Assembly: GCF_963921235.1 (NCBI RefSeq)
Contig: NC_086108.1
Coordinates: 85,872,001 to 85,936,000 of the forward strand
DNA from: Mobula hypostoma
Lineage: Eukaryota
Reading direction: 5' to 3'
DNA length: 64,000 bases
Each line of letters starts with the position of its first letter. The first letter of the stretch is position 1. A program made the translations under genes and the position numbers. The notes beneath the pieces are model-generated. The model had not been told where the DNA came from. It saw only the letters and a list, made by a program, of their open reading frames with translations, and ran no database searches. Positions 36,155-48,747 of the stretch are shown piece by piece.

Positions 36155-37175
36155 CACTCAGCGTCCACTTTATTAGGTACACCTGCATCTTACTGCAAAT
36201 ATCTAAGCAGCCAATCATGTGGCAGCAACTTAATGCATAACATGTGGAAATGGTCAAGTCAGGAGATTCAGTTGCTGCGCAGACCAAACATCAGAATGGG
36301 GAAGAAATGTGATCTTCGGTTCTTTGCAGGATTGGGACCCGCTCTCACGGTCTCATGACCGCCTGCTATTCGATACGCCAAGGATGCAGCCTAGAAGATT
36401 AATGTGCCTTCAGGGTTCCAGGATTTTGTGGCTCTGGGGTCAGACTTGAGGTCGGTGCCACTGCAGGAAACTGGTGTGTCGTGGGAGACAGAAGATCGAA
36501 AGCAGCAAAGCAGTGTTCTTTGGGCATAGAGCTCAGAAAAAGCAATGCAACAGACTTTTAACATCGTAAATCAGCGAGTTGTTTATGTCACCCCTCTCAC
36601 GGTGAAATGGGGACATCTCTTTTTCCCTTATTCGGGAGAAAGAGAGAGAGCCTGTGGAACGTCGAATTAGCGGGTGAATGAGTGGTCCGTGGGGTATTGC
36701 AAGTCTGCGTCTTCATTGATGCTTTGCTGCATGCTTGGGTGCTCAGTGGGGGTTGGGTGGTGCTGATGCTTTTTTTTGCTGGTGGGGGGTCTTTCCTTTG
36801 CGCTGCTTATGCATGGGTGGGGGGAGCTGTGGGGGACTTTGGGATTCTAACATGTAACTGTCATTCATTCTTTGGGACACTTCTCTGTTTTCATGAATGT
36901 TTGTGAAGAAAAAGAATTTCAGGATGTATATTGTATACATTTCTCTGACATTAATGTACCTTTGAAACCTTTGATCTAAGTGACTTTAACCATGGAATAA
37001 TTATTGGTGCCAGATTACGTGGTTTAAGCATCTCACAAACTGATGATCTCCTGAGATTTCCATGCACAACACTCTCTAGAGTTTACAGAGGGTGGTGTGA
37101 AAAGCGAAAAAAAAAAGAGTGGCAGTTCTAAGGCCAAAGTCAAAGGAGAATGGCCAGACTAGTTCAGGCTAACAG
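36155..37175 (+). mobile_element. Tc1/mariner 5' fragment (left TIR plus transposase N-terminus), interrupted
   Basis: TA|CACTCAGCGTCCACTTTATTAGGTACACC; MGKKCDL / SDFNHGIIIGAR. Confidence 0.88.
36316..36971 (+). mobile_element. Non-autonomous element with Rex1-type tail, inserted in Tc1
   Basis: TGATCT duplicated at 36310-36315 and 36972-36977; CCTTTGAAACCTTTGA tail. Confidence 0.75.
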
Positions 37176-37385
37176 GTTCGTAGGCTATTGGCTTCTGTAA
37201 ATTGTCCCTAGTCTAGGGTATGGGGAAAGTGCAAAATCAGGGATAAGTTGATAGGAATGTGGGGAAAATAAAAATATTGGGTCAATGCAGGATTGGTGTA
37301 CATGGGTGAATAATTGTCAGCATAGAATTTATGGGCCAAATGGCCTGCTTCCATATTGTTTCTCTCTCCAACTTTCTATGATTAA
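37176..37385 (+). mobile_element. V-SINE/HE1-like 3' part
   Basis: TGTAAATTGTCCCTAG then ATGGGCCAAATGGCCTGCTTCC CR1-type end. Confidence 0.65.
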
Positions 37386-38414
37386 AATAAGTAAGCAATA
37401 AGAGCATACTGGTGCAGACAGAGCTGATTCAGTTTTGTCTGAAACCATTACTTCATCTTAGCTGTCAAAAAATAATGTCAATTTTGATGGAATGCACTGA
37501 ATTGATTTCACTGTTCCATGAAAGTAAGCTAGCGAATCTCCAAAACATGTCCAAGCACATATTCCCAGCAGTCAACATGGCTCTACGTCCTTTCCTACCA
37601 TGCCATTGCACGTTATATCTACAGCTTAATGAGTGTTTATTTTGTACCAACCTCAAGAAATAGTTGATAACAATATAATGTCAAAACTATCTGTTAAAAG
37701 ATTACCGCTAATGTTGGATTCACTGAGTCCAATCAATTAGATAGAGTTAAAGGACAATTGTAACTGGAGGGTGAACAGTCAAAGCTAAAATCTCCAAAAG
37801 CACTATGGGAAAAGAAGTCAGCCTTACATTTACAATGGTGTGTAGCACCATATGAGATACTGTAGGAACAGAATTAAGCTATTTGGTCCATAGAATCTGC
37901 TCTGACATTCAATCATGATTGACTTTTATAAAACCCATTCTCCTAACTCACATCCCTGTACTTTGAAAGAACGAAATGGAAACAGACAGCTGAGTTGCAG
38001 ACATTCAGAGATGGGAAAAGGCTGCAAAATTAAGATGAAGAAGGGAATAATCAAATAAATGTGCCCTGTTTACCAGACTCTTAAACAAATGTTCTTAGTG
38101 TCAAGAGGGCCCTGGGCAGGGAAATGTCAATGAACATTCAGGGACACTAGATGAAACAAATAAAAGGTCTCCTGATGATATTAACAGTGAGGATCCAGGA
38201 GCGACCACTGCAGAAGGAGATCCTGAGCTTGAAACTCAGAGAACTCTATAAAACACCAGACTTAGTCTGGGCTCTTCATCTCATCCACGTAGCATTTAAG
38301 TCCAGGTGGAGTGTTCTTCAATGCCTCTTATGCATGCATAGAATGGGAGAATAAAATTATATCTGTGCAAATCCTTGCAGTATCTGGTTACCCTGTGATC
38401 TCTATCTCAGAGGC

Positions 38415-39900
38415 TGACTTCAGAACCTCTTTCAAGAAGCTGAACCCTTGCAAGGCGTAAGCCCCTGCTGGTGTATCTGGTAGGGCATTGAAAACCTGTC
38501 CCAACCAAATACAGGGGGGTTTAAGGACATTTTAAATCTCTCTCTGCTGCAGTCGGATGTTCCCACATGCTTCAAAAAAGCACTATGGGAAAAGAAGTCA
38601 ACCTTACATGTTGAACTTACACCTAGAAGAGCAGGGTGAGCTGTCTCAATAACTATTACCCAGTTGCACTCACATCTACAGTGAAGAAGTACTTTGAGAG
38701 GTCGGTCATGGCCAGAATCAACTCCTGTCTAATCAAGGATCTGAACTTGCTGCAGTTTGTCTGTAACCACGATAGGTCTACAAGCTGTGCAATCTAATTG
38801 GTGCTCCACTGGACAGTAGCAATGCTTACGTCAGGCTATTATCTATTGACTACAGTTCAGTGTTGAACACCATTGTACCCTCCAACCAACAAGCTGCAAA
38901 TCCTAGGTATCTGTACCTCACTCTCTAAATGGATCCTTGACTTTCTCACCGGGTGACCAGATTAAGTATGAATTGGAAATAACATCTCCTTGCTGACAGT
39001 CGACACTGGCTTAGGTCAAGGATACATGCTTAGCCCATTGCTCTACTCACTCTAAAACCATAAATCAAATGCCATCTATAAATTTGCCAATGACACCACT
39101 ATTGTTGGCAGAATTTCAGACGGTGGTGAGGACGTGTACAGGAACGAGGTAGATCAGCTGGCTGAGTAGCGTTGCAACATAAGCCTTGCACTCAATGTCA
39201 GTAACACCAAAAACTGATCGTGCAGGAGAAATCAATAGAACTCACACTAGTCCTCATCGAGTGATCAGCAGTGGAAAACGTGAGCAGTTTCAAGTTCCTG
39301 GGTGAAATCATCTCTAAAGATCTATCCTGGGTCCAACATATTGATACAATTAAAAGGAAGCCACCACTGCTGCTATATTTCATTAGGAATTTGAGGAGAC
39401 ATGGTATGTCATCAAGAACTCTCACAAATTTCTACAGATGTCCTGTGGAGAGCATTCTAACTCGTTGCATCACTGTCGTATGGAGGGGCCACTGCACAGG
39501 ACTGTTCAGCTCCATCATGGGCACCAGCCTCCCCAGCATCATGGACACCTTCAAAAGGTGATGCCCCAAGAAAGCAGCATCCATCACTAAGAACCTCCAT
39601 CACCCAGGACACGCACCCTTCTCATTGCTACCACCAAGGAGGCTGAAGACTCCCAATCAATATTTCAGGAACAGATCCTTCCTCTCTGCCATCAGATTTC
39701 TGAATGGACAACAAACTCCTCAACACTACCTCGCTACATTGCCTTCTTTTTTTTCACTACCTAATTAACATAATTTTTATATATTAGTATTATTGTAATT
39801 TATAGTATTTTTTGCTATTATGTATTGTTGTGTACTGCTGCCGCAAAACAACAAATTTAATGACATATGCCAATAATATTAAACCTGATTCTGATTCTGA
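38415..39900 (+). mobile_element. Rex1/Babar LINE RT plus 3' end
   Basis: YYPVALTS, IYKFANDTTIVG, SSFKFLG, FYRCPVESIL; (GATTCT)n tail. Confidence 0.92.
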
Positions 39901-40609
39901 TTATTGTGATATAGTCATAAGCCAGAATAGTGAACAAAATGCAAAGTCACTGAGGATTAATTGAATGATAGTGTGTTTTAAGTGATTGAATTCCTATTAA
40001 AGACCAAGTTCTACTGGACTTGAGTTGATGCGCTATTGTCCATCACATCAGTTGACACCCCTTAAAGGTAACTGGGTCAACATAGTTTAGGATTTCTCAA
40101 CTATTAGTGGCACTTCCTACTACCTATAAGAAATATTACACTCTAGAAAAGTTGCTGGAAACACGCAGAAGAAGGGAACTAGACAAAGAAACATAAAGTA
40201 GTACTTTGAGAAGTAAAACAATTTCTGCTGACTTCATGGATTTTAGTACATTACGATCTAGCAAAGTCATTACTTCTACCCTGTAATGTAGTTTTGTCAC
40301 ACTCTAATGGGAATAGGGAGAAGCAATTAGTTAATCCTGCATCAAGGTCCCTTTTTAGAAGTGAAATATTACTCATGATTAGACGCAGAACCTGGCTGTC
40401 TTCCACAGAGTGACAAAGTTCTCCAAGTATGTGTAAAACTATAATCTTATAGCTTTAATGAACCACAAGGCTCTGCAGAGTATTTTTGGTGAATCTCAGT
40501 CAGAGCGTAGAGTTAAATACAGTATTGATTTTGGCAGCACACAATTGCATTGTGGGAATCAAGAATAGGTGGAAAAAAAACAGTATGTGAATTTCCTGTG
40601 TCATCTCAC

Positions 40610-40761
40610 CTTCATGTGAAACATTAGTACAAAATGAGATGGTGTCAACGCTGGAATTCACTAACAGAACACCTGTCACAATCCCACCATCAGGGGGATG
40701 TACGGATACATGTCTATGAATGAGAGGGTGAATGTGAAGATGCCTCATTTTTACCATATTA
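40610..40761 (-). other. Candidate 152-bp exon of an unidentified transcript
   Basis: TTCAG acceptor, GAAG|GTGAGA donor, one open frame, no TE similarity seen; peptide not recognised. Confidence 0.25.
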
Positions 40762-41219
40762 CTGAATAATATATAAAATAACAATCTGGAATGCTTAGAG
40801 ATCTACACATGGATGAGCAGTCTTTCTGAAGTCATTGCATGAAGGGCACCCAAAGTTGGTCCAGCAACTGTAAATTTATGAAAAGCGAGAGCTCATTATG
40901 AAGATCTGGAAGCAGTGACAAAGATATCGCAAAGACTAGCAATAGCTCCATTCAAACCTTTGTCCTAGTAGTTGCAAGTCCTTTTATGGAAAGAATCATG
41001 ACTATGGTAGATGCACATATCATGTGAATATTGTTCATAAATGCTTATTATTCATCTTTTCTGCTATTTATTTATTTTGCAACTTATTGTAATCTTTCTG
41101 TCTTGCACTGTACTGCTGCCACAAAACCACAAATTTCACAACATATGCCAGTGATATTAAACCTGCTGTTGAGAATCTGATAAAAGAAACTCCTCTTGCA
41201 TAACCTCTACATCTTGAGT

Positions 41220-41885
41220 AACCTATAGAACATTGAATGGCCCAGATAGAGTGGAAGTGGAGAGGATATTTCCTATAGCGGGGGAGTCTAGGACCAACGG
41301 GAACAGTCTTAGAATAAAAGAACATTCCTCTATACTCCGTGCTGGGGCCAGAAAATGTTAACCAGGTTTTTTGTGTTTTGGATATGGACTTGGACTATAG
41401 ACTTTTTTTCATTCTTGTAGCTTTTTATATTCTGTGTTTTCTGCCCTATCTTTCTCGCTTTTTTTGTGAGCGGGGGCGGGGGATTTGGAGCCGAGGTGCC
41501 TGTTCTGCTTTTGTGCAGGGAAGAGGGATTTGGGGGTTGATGACTGTGCTGTCATACTTCTCTTTCTTGGTTTCATGCCTATCTGGAGAAGAAGAATTTC
41601 AGAGTTGTATACTTTGAACCTTTGAACTTTCCTTTAGAACAGAGATGAGGAGAAATTTCTTTCACCAGGGGTTGGTGAATCTGTGGAATTCATTGCTGCA
41701 AATGGCCATGGAGGCCAAGTTATTGTGTATATATAAAGCAGAGGTTGATAGGTTCTTAAATAGTAAGGACATCAAAGGTTATGGGGAGAAGGCAGAAGAA
41801 TGTGGTTGAGGGGAATAATGATGTAATGACGGAACAAACTTGATGAGCCTAATGACTTAATTCTGCTCATATTCCTTATCATCTT
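41220..41885 (+). mobile_element. CR1 3' end interrupted by a Rex1-tailed non-autonomous element (~41331-41628)
   Basis: CR1 sequence resumes after a TTCCT duplication; insert ends CTTTGAACCTTTGAAC. Confidence 0.8.
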
Positions 41886-43171
41886 CTGAACTTATAGAGT
41901 AGAGATTTCAATATAGAAAGCAATCTTGATTACATACAGTCTTCTAATCATTGAAAATTACTTCAACAGTGTTCAATCTGTTGAATTCCTCATATGGAAT
42001 GATGTTTAGCAAGTGAACACCACTCTATACCATCTTGCCTCACATGATATAGAGAAAGAGGAGCCTAGGCTGTGATAACTGAAATGACATTTCACATTTC
42101 TTACTTCACAAATGGAAATCAATAAAGACAACTACAGGGTAAAAGAAAATAAAAATAACTGTAGGGAAATCCAAAAGAAAAATACCAAACATGAATTTGG
42201 AAGATTCTGTGGAGGCTGCAGTGATATCTCTCTGGTGCTTGTGATCCCTCCTGAAATTAGTCCATGTTTGAGAATAAACAAAGGGCAGGAATCACTGCTG
42301 GTTGTTTGGTGCGAAGTTGTAAACTTTTCCTCACACAGCTTAAGCTATTCTGGTGTATTGAAGGCCAAGATGAATCCTACCTTTGATAACTGCCTTCACT
42401 GAGAGGTAGCTCCTAAATCATGTGGAATGGCCAGTGGCTTCCATGCTTGTTTTGTGGACATTTATAAAAAATGTGGGATAACATTGTGTTGTAGTTGCAG
42501 GTTAATAGAGGACTTCTATTTCATGGTGGTTAATTATAAGGCTTATTATCCTATATGTTTCACTAATGGGTCAGCAAGGAGCAGTAGAAGATGAAGTGGA
42601 CTTCTTTACTAACTATTTCACCATCTTCATTCACATTAAAGTCAAAGTGTACAAGTACAATGAAAACTTGCAGCAGTATAACAGGCACATAGCATTATAT
42701 AATCAGCATTGACAAGAAAACCATGAATTAAACATAAAATTTACATAATTTTTACAAGAAAAACTACAATGAGAACAAAAAGAAACAAAGTCAAATTTAG
42801 TGTAAAATGGTCACAGCGTTAGTAAGCTAGTGCTGATTGGGGTTTTGTCAGTTGATAAGAGATGTGCCTACTCCTGACATATGCTAGTCTCCCTTCACTC
42901 TGGATCACTGCAGTCCAGCTACTAGGTTCTTCCCATGGCCTAGCTCTGATTTTCCAGACACTGAAATATCATCTTGGTAACTTACATTTAGAAAATCCAG
43001 GCAAGGATTATCCATTGTCATCTGGAAAATGTGCACAGATGATGTCATTCCAAATAGAAGTCTTTTCATTTTTGGAACTGATTAACTTGGGTACTTATCA
43101 TTAGGTAGACTTATGAACTTTTGACTCTTGTGACTTACTGGTCAATATGTGCTATAGCAAGGATTGTGTAG

Positions 43172-44031
43172 ATTGTAGGGTGTCCAAGGGACAGTTCACT
43201 ACCTTTGCACCCCACTGGACATTCAGTTCTCACCTGTGACTCCAAGTAGCTGTTTGCATGTGCCATTTTCAAAGTTCACGGTAAAATTTATTACCAGAGT
43301 ACATGCACATCACCACATATAACTCTGAGATTCCTTTTCTGTGGGCATACTTAGCAAACTTATAGAACTGTAAGCAGGATCAATGGGCAACAATAAATAT
43401 CAAGCACAAGATAATAAGATAAAGGAGTGGTTAAATGAATGCAGCTATCCCCTTTTGTTCAAGTGCCTGATGGTTGAAGTAACTGTTCTTGAACCTTGTG
43501 GTACGAGTCCTGAGGTTCTCGTATCTCTGCCTGAGACATGACATGAAGAAAGAGCATGACGTGAGAAAACGTGTTGTGCTTCCTTCGCAATTATCCAGGA
43601 CAGGTTTTGACAAGTGGGCTAAACCAGGTGAGGACAGCTGGAGGGCCTCATACCCCAGTGAGATAGAGACATGCCTGTCATAGCATGCAACGTCAGCTCT
43701 GGTGTACTGGGTGAATGAGATTGACAGTGGGATCCAATGGCCAGGAAGTCAGTTCTCAAATGTTTTGTGGAGAGTGAAGGGGCATGACAAGGCACAGAAA
43801 AAGTTATGGTTATCCACAGCAATAAAGGAAGACCCTAATTATCATGATTACTCATACCCATCCACTGCAATCAAGGAAGATCCCAGTTGTCATGATTACT
43901 TATACTACCTGGACCTGGATTTCTGAGATCGAGAGAGTGGAAGTGCCCGAGTGCAATCGCCTTTACATTTTAAAACTCTTCCGCACAGGTTTGAAAATCT
44001 ATCATCATCAGATATGACAGACAACAAATCA
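43172..44031 (+). mobile_element. Non-autonomous retroelement (RTE-like, tentative) with 22-bp TSD; Rex1 3' end inserted at ~43268-43565 (- strand)
   Basis: TGCTATAGCAAGGATTGTGTAG (43150-43171) vs TGCTACAGCAAGGATTGTGTAG (44032-44053). Confidence 0.7.
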
Positions 44032-44639
44032 TGCTACAGCAAGGATTGTGTAGGTCTTTCTCTCTTCAAGCAGAGCAAACAAAATATCAGTTTTAAGGAA
44101 TATACCTCCTCCTTTGCTTCTCCATTCATGGTTATAATCTCCACAGAAGCTAATGATGCCATCTGGTGTAACCTAATCAAAAAAGCTTAGCTAGTACTAT
44201 GACATTTATTGCCTCTTTATCCCTTTCTCATCAAAGCTGCAAGGGCAGATGAGCTTTGAAGAACTGAGGTGCAGTGTTCTGTGTTCAGTGAATACAGGCT
44301 TTTATACCATGAATGCATATGGATAAATAACAAAACTCTCAGGGGTACTTGTCAAGCATAGCTGATACAGTTTCTTCGTGCGCTTGATCTTTTATATCAA
44401 ATAAGATTTGTGCTCTGGAACAATCAGAAGACAGAGCTTTGCTCCATTTTCACCACTCATAACTCAAACTTAACCCATCCCTTTCACCTTGATCCATGCC
44501 CTTTTGTGCTATGAAGGAAGGTTCACAGTACCATCTTCCCACTGTCACTTACATTCTTACTTATCAAAACTGCAGCCACAGCATTAAGTTCCATGGACAC
44601 TCTCTTTCTTTCAATAGATACAGACAAATATTGATAAAT

Positions 44640-45270
44640 TAATTAGTATTCATTTTGAAAGGACTAGAATATAAAAACAGGGATGTAATGCTGAGGCTTT
44701 ATGAGGCATTGGTCAGACCATACTTAGAGTACTGTGAGCACTTTTTGTCCTTTTACCTATGAAAGGGTGTGCTGACATTGGACAAGGTCCAGAGGATGTT
44801 CATGTGAATAGAAGGGTTAACATATGAAGAGTGTCTGATGGCTTTGGGCCTGTAGCCACTGGTGTTTAGAAGAATGAAGAGGGGGGATGTAATTGAAACC
44901 TAGCAAATATTAAAAGGCCTAGATAGAGTGGATATGGAGAGGATGTTTCCTTCAGTCAGGGAGTCCAGACCAGAGGATACAGACTCAGAATAGAAGGACA
45001 TCCCTTTAGAACCGAGATGAGAAGGAATTTCTTTAGCCAGATGGTGATGAATCTGTGGATTTCGTTGCCACAGATGGCTCTGGATGCCAAGTAATTGGGT
45101 ATACTTAAAGTGGAGGTTGTTGGGTTCTTAATTAGTAAGGGCATCAAAGGTTACAGGGAGAAGGCAAGAGAATGGGGTTGAGAGGTATAATAAATCAGCC
45201 ATGATTGAATAGTGGAGCGGTCTTAATGGGTTGAATGGCCTAATTCTGCTCCTATGGTCTTATGGACTAA
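44640..45270 (+). mobile_element. CR1 3' end
   Basis: ALVRPYLEYCE, RRNFFSQMVMNLW, TCTTATGG tail. Confidence 0.9.
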
Positions 45271-45699
45271 AGGAAAATAAAATTCTGATAGTGTGAAGAG
45301 TGTTTACAATTCATTTTGGGGTTGCCAACCTCTTCATCAGGTTCTTATTTACTAATCTACTCAAACAGACCTCACATTGCTCAGTTACCTGAAGTTCAGT
45401 GGTCTTGTTTTGATTTTAAACAAGATGCTGAGAGATATCCCTGGATAGCACATTATAACATATACACTCTGGCTCTGTGCTCATTGGCCTGATATCAAAT
45501 ACAGCCACAATGATGATATCTCCCTTCATCTGATTCCACCCTCTCCCAAGGTCACCGTGGAGATGGACCTCCACTTGTTAAAACTTTTAAGTCATTGCAA
45601 AGATTGATGTTGAAATCCAGTGCGTGCCTGACTGTTACCTGCTTTTGCTGGATAATATTAACTGGGATTTTGGTGGCTGGTATGAATGCCTTCTCACCA

Positions 45700-46177
45700 C
45701 ATATACCCCTCAATCCTTTCAGCTTCTTCGCTACTGGAGAATATAACATGAAAATTGCAGGTTTTGCATGGGTGCTTGAGTTACCGGTTTCTCTCTCGCT
45801 CTTGTTAGCTGCTCCTGGAGGAAGGTGGGCCTTGTGCAATGTTTAATGCATATGGTTTGTGATTGGACTCTGTCGTTCATGTTAAGAAGTGCTTCTGGTT
45901 TCTGGTTGCCTCCCTGAAGTGAGCTGAGTTGAACTGAACATTTCTGGACTGTTTCAATGACTTGTGGTTTGATATCTTATATTCTGTGTTATGCACTCGT
46001 GTTTTTTGTGCTGTTTGTGTGATTTGTTCTTTGTGCATTGGTGGTTTGATGCTTTTCTTTGAATAGTTTACATAGTTTTTTTTTTGTTTTGTGGCTATCT
46101 GTGGGAAGACGAATCTTAGGGTTGTATACTGCATTCATATTTTGATAACAAATGTACTTTCAATCTTTGAATCTTTG
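45700..46177 (+). mobile_element. Non-autonomous element with Rex1-type 3' tail (5' limit uncertain)
   Basis: GAATCTTAGGGTTGTATACTGC...ATCTTTGAATCTTTG, as at 41590-41628. Confidence 0.6.
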
Positions 46178-46344
46178 GCCTCAGATTTGCAGTGTAATTA
46201 CAATGAACAGTCATTTCCCTGCATCAGTGACTCAGGTTTGACCACCGTCTCATTATTACTGAAGATCAAATACAGTATATTGTCAATAAATGCAAAGTTA
46301 CCTGTATCAGTTACCTTCGAGGGACAAAGCTCCATTAGGAGATG

Positions 46345-46550
46345 AAGGCAGAAGAGACTGCAGATGCTGTGATCCAGAGCAAAGAACAAATTGCTGGAGG
46401 AGCTCAGCTGATCGGACAGCATCTGTGGGGGCAGAGGGATGGTCAGATGAGGTATCTCATTACACTTTCATTCTGATGCAGGATATTAGCTCCAAATGAT
46501 GATAATCCCACTGCCTCCACAGATGCTGCCTAAACCACTGTGGTACCTGC
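46345..46550. mobile_element. Inverted pair of Penelope terminal repeats
   Basis: CAGCATCTGTGGGGGCAGAGGGA ... TCCCACTGCCTCCACAGATGCTG. Confidence 0.75.
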
Positions 46551-48747
46551 GGTTCTGCAGGTGAGAACAAAATTCCCAGATGGCATGTTGCCTCCCAGTC
46601 CTCAGCATTTATAAGTGGGAGGGTGAACAGCCAGAAGTCGAGGTCCAGGTAGGTAACAATGACATGGGTCAGACGAGTGACGAGGTTCTGCATAAGGAGT
46701 TCAAAGAGTTAGATGCTAAGTTAAAGGGCAGGACCTCCAGTGTTGTGATCTCAGGATTGCTACTCATGTCAATAGATATTGATGCCAGAACTAGGAAGAT
46801 TATACAGTTTAATATGTGACTAAAGAGTTGGTGCAGGAGGAAGAGCATAAGATTTTTGGATTATTGGGCTCTCTTCCAGGGAAGGTGGGACCTGTGCAGA
46901 AGGGGTGGTTTGCACCTGAACTGGAGAAAGACTGATATCCTAGTGGGAAGGTTTGTTAATGCTTCGCCGTGGGGTTTAAACTAGAGTTGCAGCGGATGGG
47001 GACCAGAATGCCAGAACAGTTACTGGAGAGGTTGTGGAGGCAGATGTTGGTAAGACCTCAGACAAAGTTAGGAATCAAAAGGTTGAGCATGGTGCATCTA
47101 GTGTCCTGTGCTGTCTATACTTCAATGCAAGAAATATCATAGGAAAGGCTGATAATAGTGATCAAGATGAGATAGCTGGTTTTCAAACAAAAGCAATGTG
47201 TAGTGAAGAGATAGGACAAAATTGCAATGAACAGGATGAGTTGCAACATAAAAGGTGGACAAAATCTAAAAGGGTCAGAGAGGACTGAAGGTGTTGTATC
47301 TGAATGCATGCAGCATATGGAATCAGGTGGATGAACTTGCAGCACAGTTACAGATTGGCAGGTATGATGTTGTAGGCATCACTGAATCATGGCTGAAAGA
47401 TTATAGCTGGGAGCTTAATGTCCAACGATACACGTTGTATCAAAATGACAGGCAGGAAGGCGGTGGAGAGGGGCGGCATTGCTGTGTTGATAAAAAAAAT
47501 GAAACCCAATCATTAGAAAGAGGTGACATAGGGTCGGAAGCTGTTGAATCATTGTGGATAGAACTAAGGAAATGCAAGGGTAAAATGACCCTGATGGGAG
47601 TTGTATATAGACCCCCAAATAGTAGTAAGGATGTGGCCTACAAATTACAATGGGAAATAGAAAATGCATGTCAAAAGGGCAATGTTACAATAGTCCTGGG
47701 CTCTTCAATATGCAGGTACACTGGGAGAATCAGGTTGGTACTAGATTACAGGAGGGGAGGTTTCTAGAGTGCCTATTAAATGGCCTTTTAGATCAGCACG
47801 TGGCTGAGCCCACTAGAGGATTGGGTGTTGTGCAATGAACCAGAATTGATTAGAGAGCACGAGGTAAAAGAACCTTTAGGGGCAAGTAATCATAATATGA
47901 TCAAATTCACCTTGAAATTGGAGAAGAAGAAGTAAATGTCAGGTTTGAAAGGCACAGGATATATATATCCCAAAGAGGAAGAGGTATTCTAAAGGAAAGA
48001 TGACACAACTGTGACCAACAAGAGAAATCAAACCCAACATAAAATCCAAAGAGAGGGTATATAAAAGAGCAAGAATAATTGTGAAGTTAGAGGATTGGGA
48101 AGCTTTTAAATCCAAAAGAAGACAACTAAAAGTATAATAAGAAGGTAAAGATGGAAAACAAAATTAAGCTAGCCAATAATATTAAAGAAGATACCAGAAG
48201 TTTCTTCAGATAAATAAAGTGTAAAAGAGAGGCGAGAATGGATATCAGACCGCTGGAAAACAATTCTGGAGAGGTAGTAATGGGGGTCAAGGAAATGGCA
48301 GATGAACTGAATAAGTATTTTGCATCAGTCTACACTGTGGAAGACACTAGCAGTATGGTGGAAGTTCCAGGTGTCAGGGGTATGAAGTGTGTGAAGATTT
48401 TATAATCAGATAATAACCAGATAGAAGGTTCTTGGGAAACTGCAAGGTCTGAAGGTAAATCAGTCATCTGGACCAGGTGGTGAACACCCCAGACTTCTGA
48501 AAGAGATGGCTGAAGAGATTGTGTTGGCATTAGTAATGATTCTTCAAGAACCACTAGATTCTGGAATGGTTCCAGAAGACTGTAAACTTGCACATGTCAT
48601 TCCACTCATCAAGAAGGGAGAGGAGGTTGAAGAAAGGAAACTATAGGCCAGTTAGTCAGAATTCAATGGTTAGGAGATGTTGGAGTCAATTATTAATTAT
48701 GAGGTCTCAGGGTACTTGGAGGCACATGATAAAATAGGCTGTAGTCT

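Noticed and set aside
42112..42402. 96-aa ORF in unique DNA (likewise 43951-44190 and 54905-55090)
   Set aside because: No recognisable motif or consistent splice signals; lengths compatible with chance
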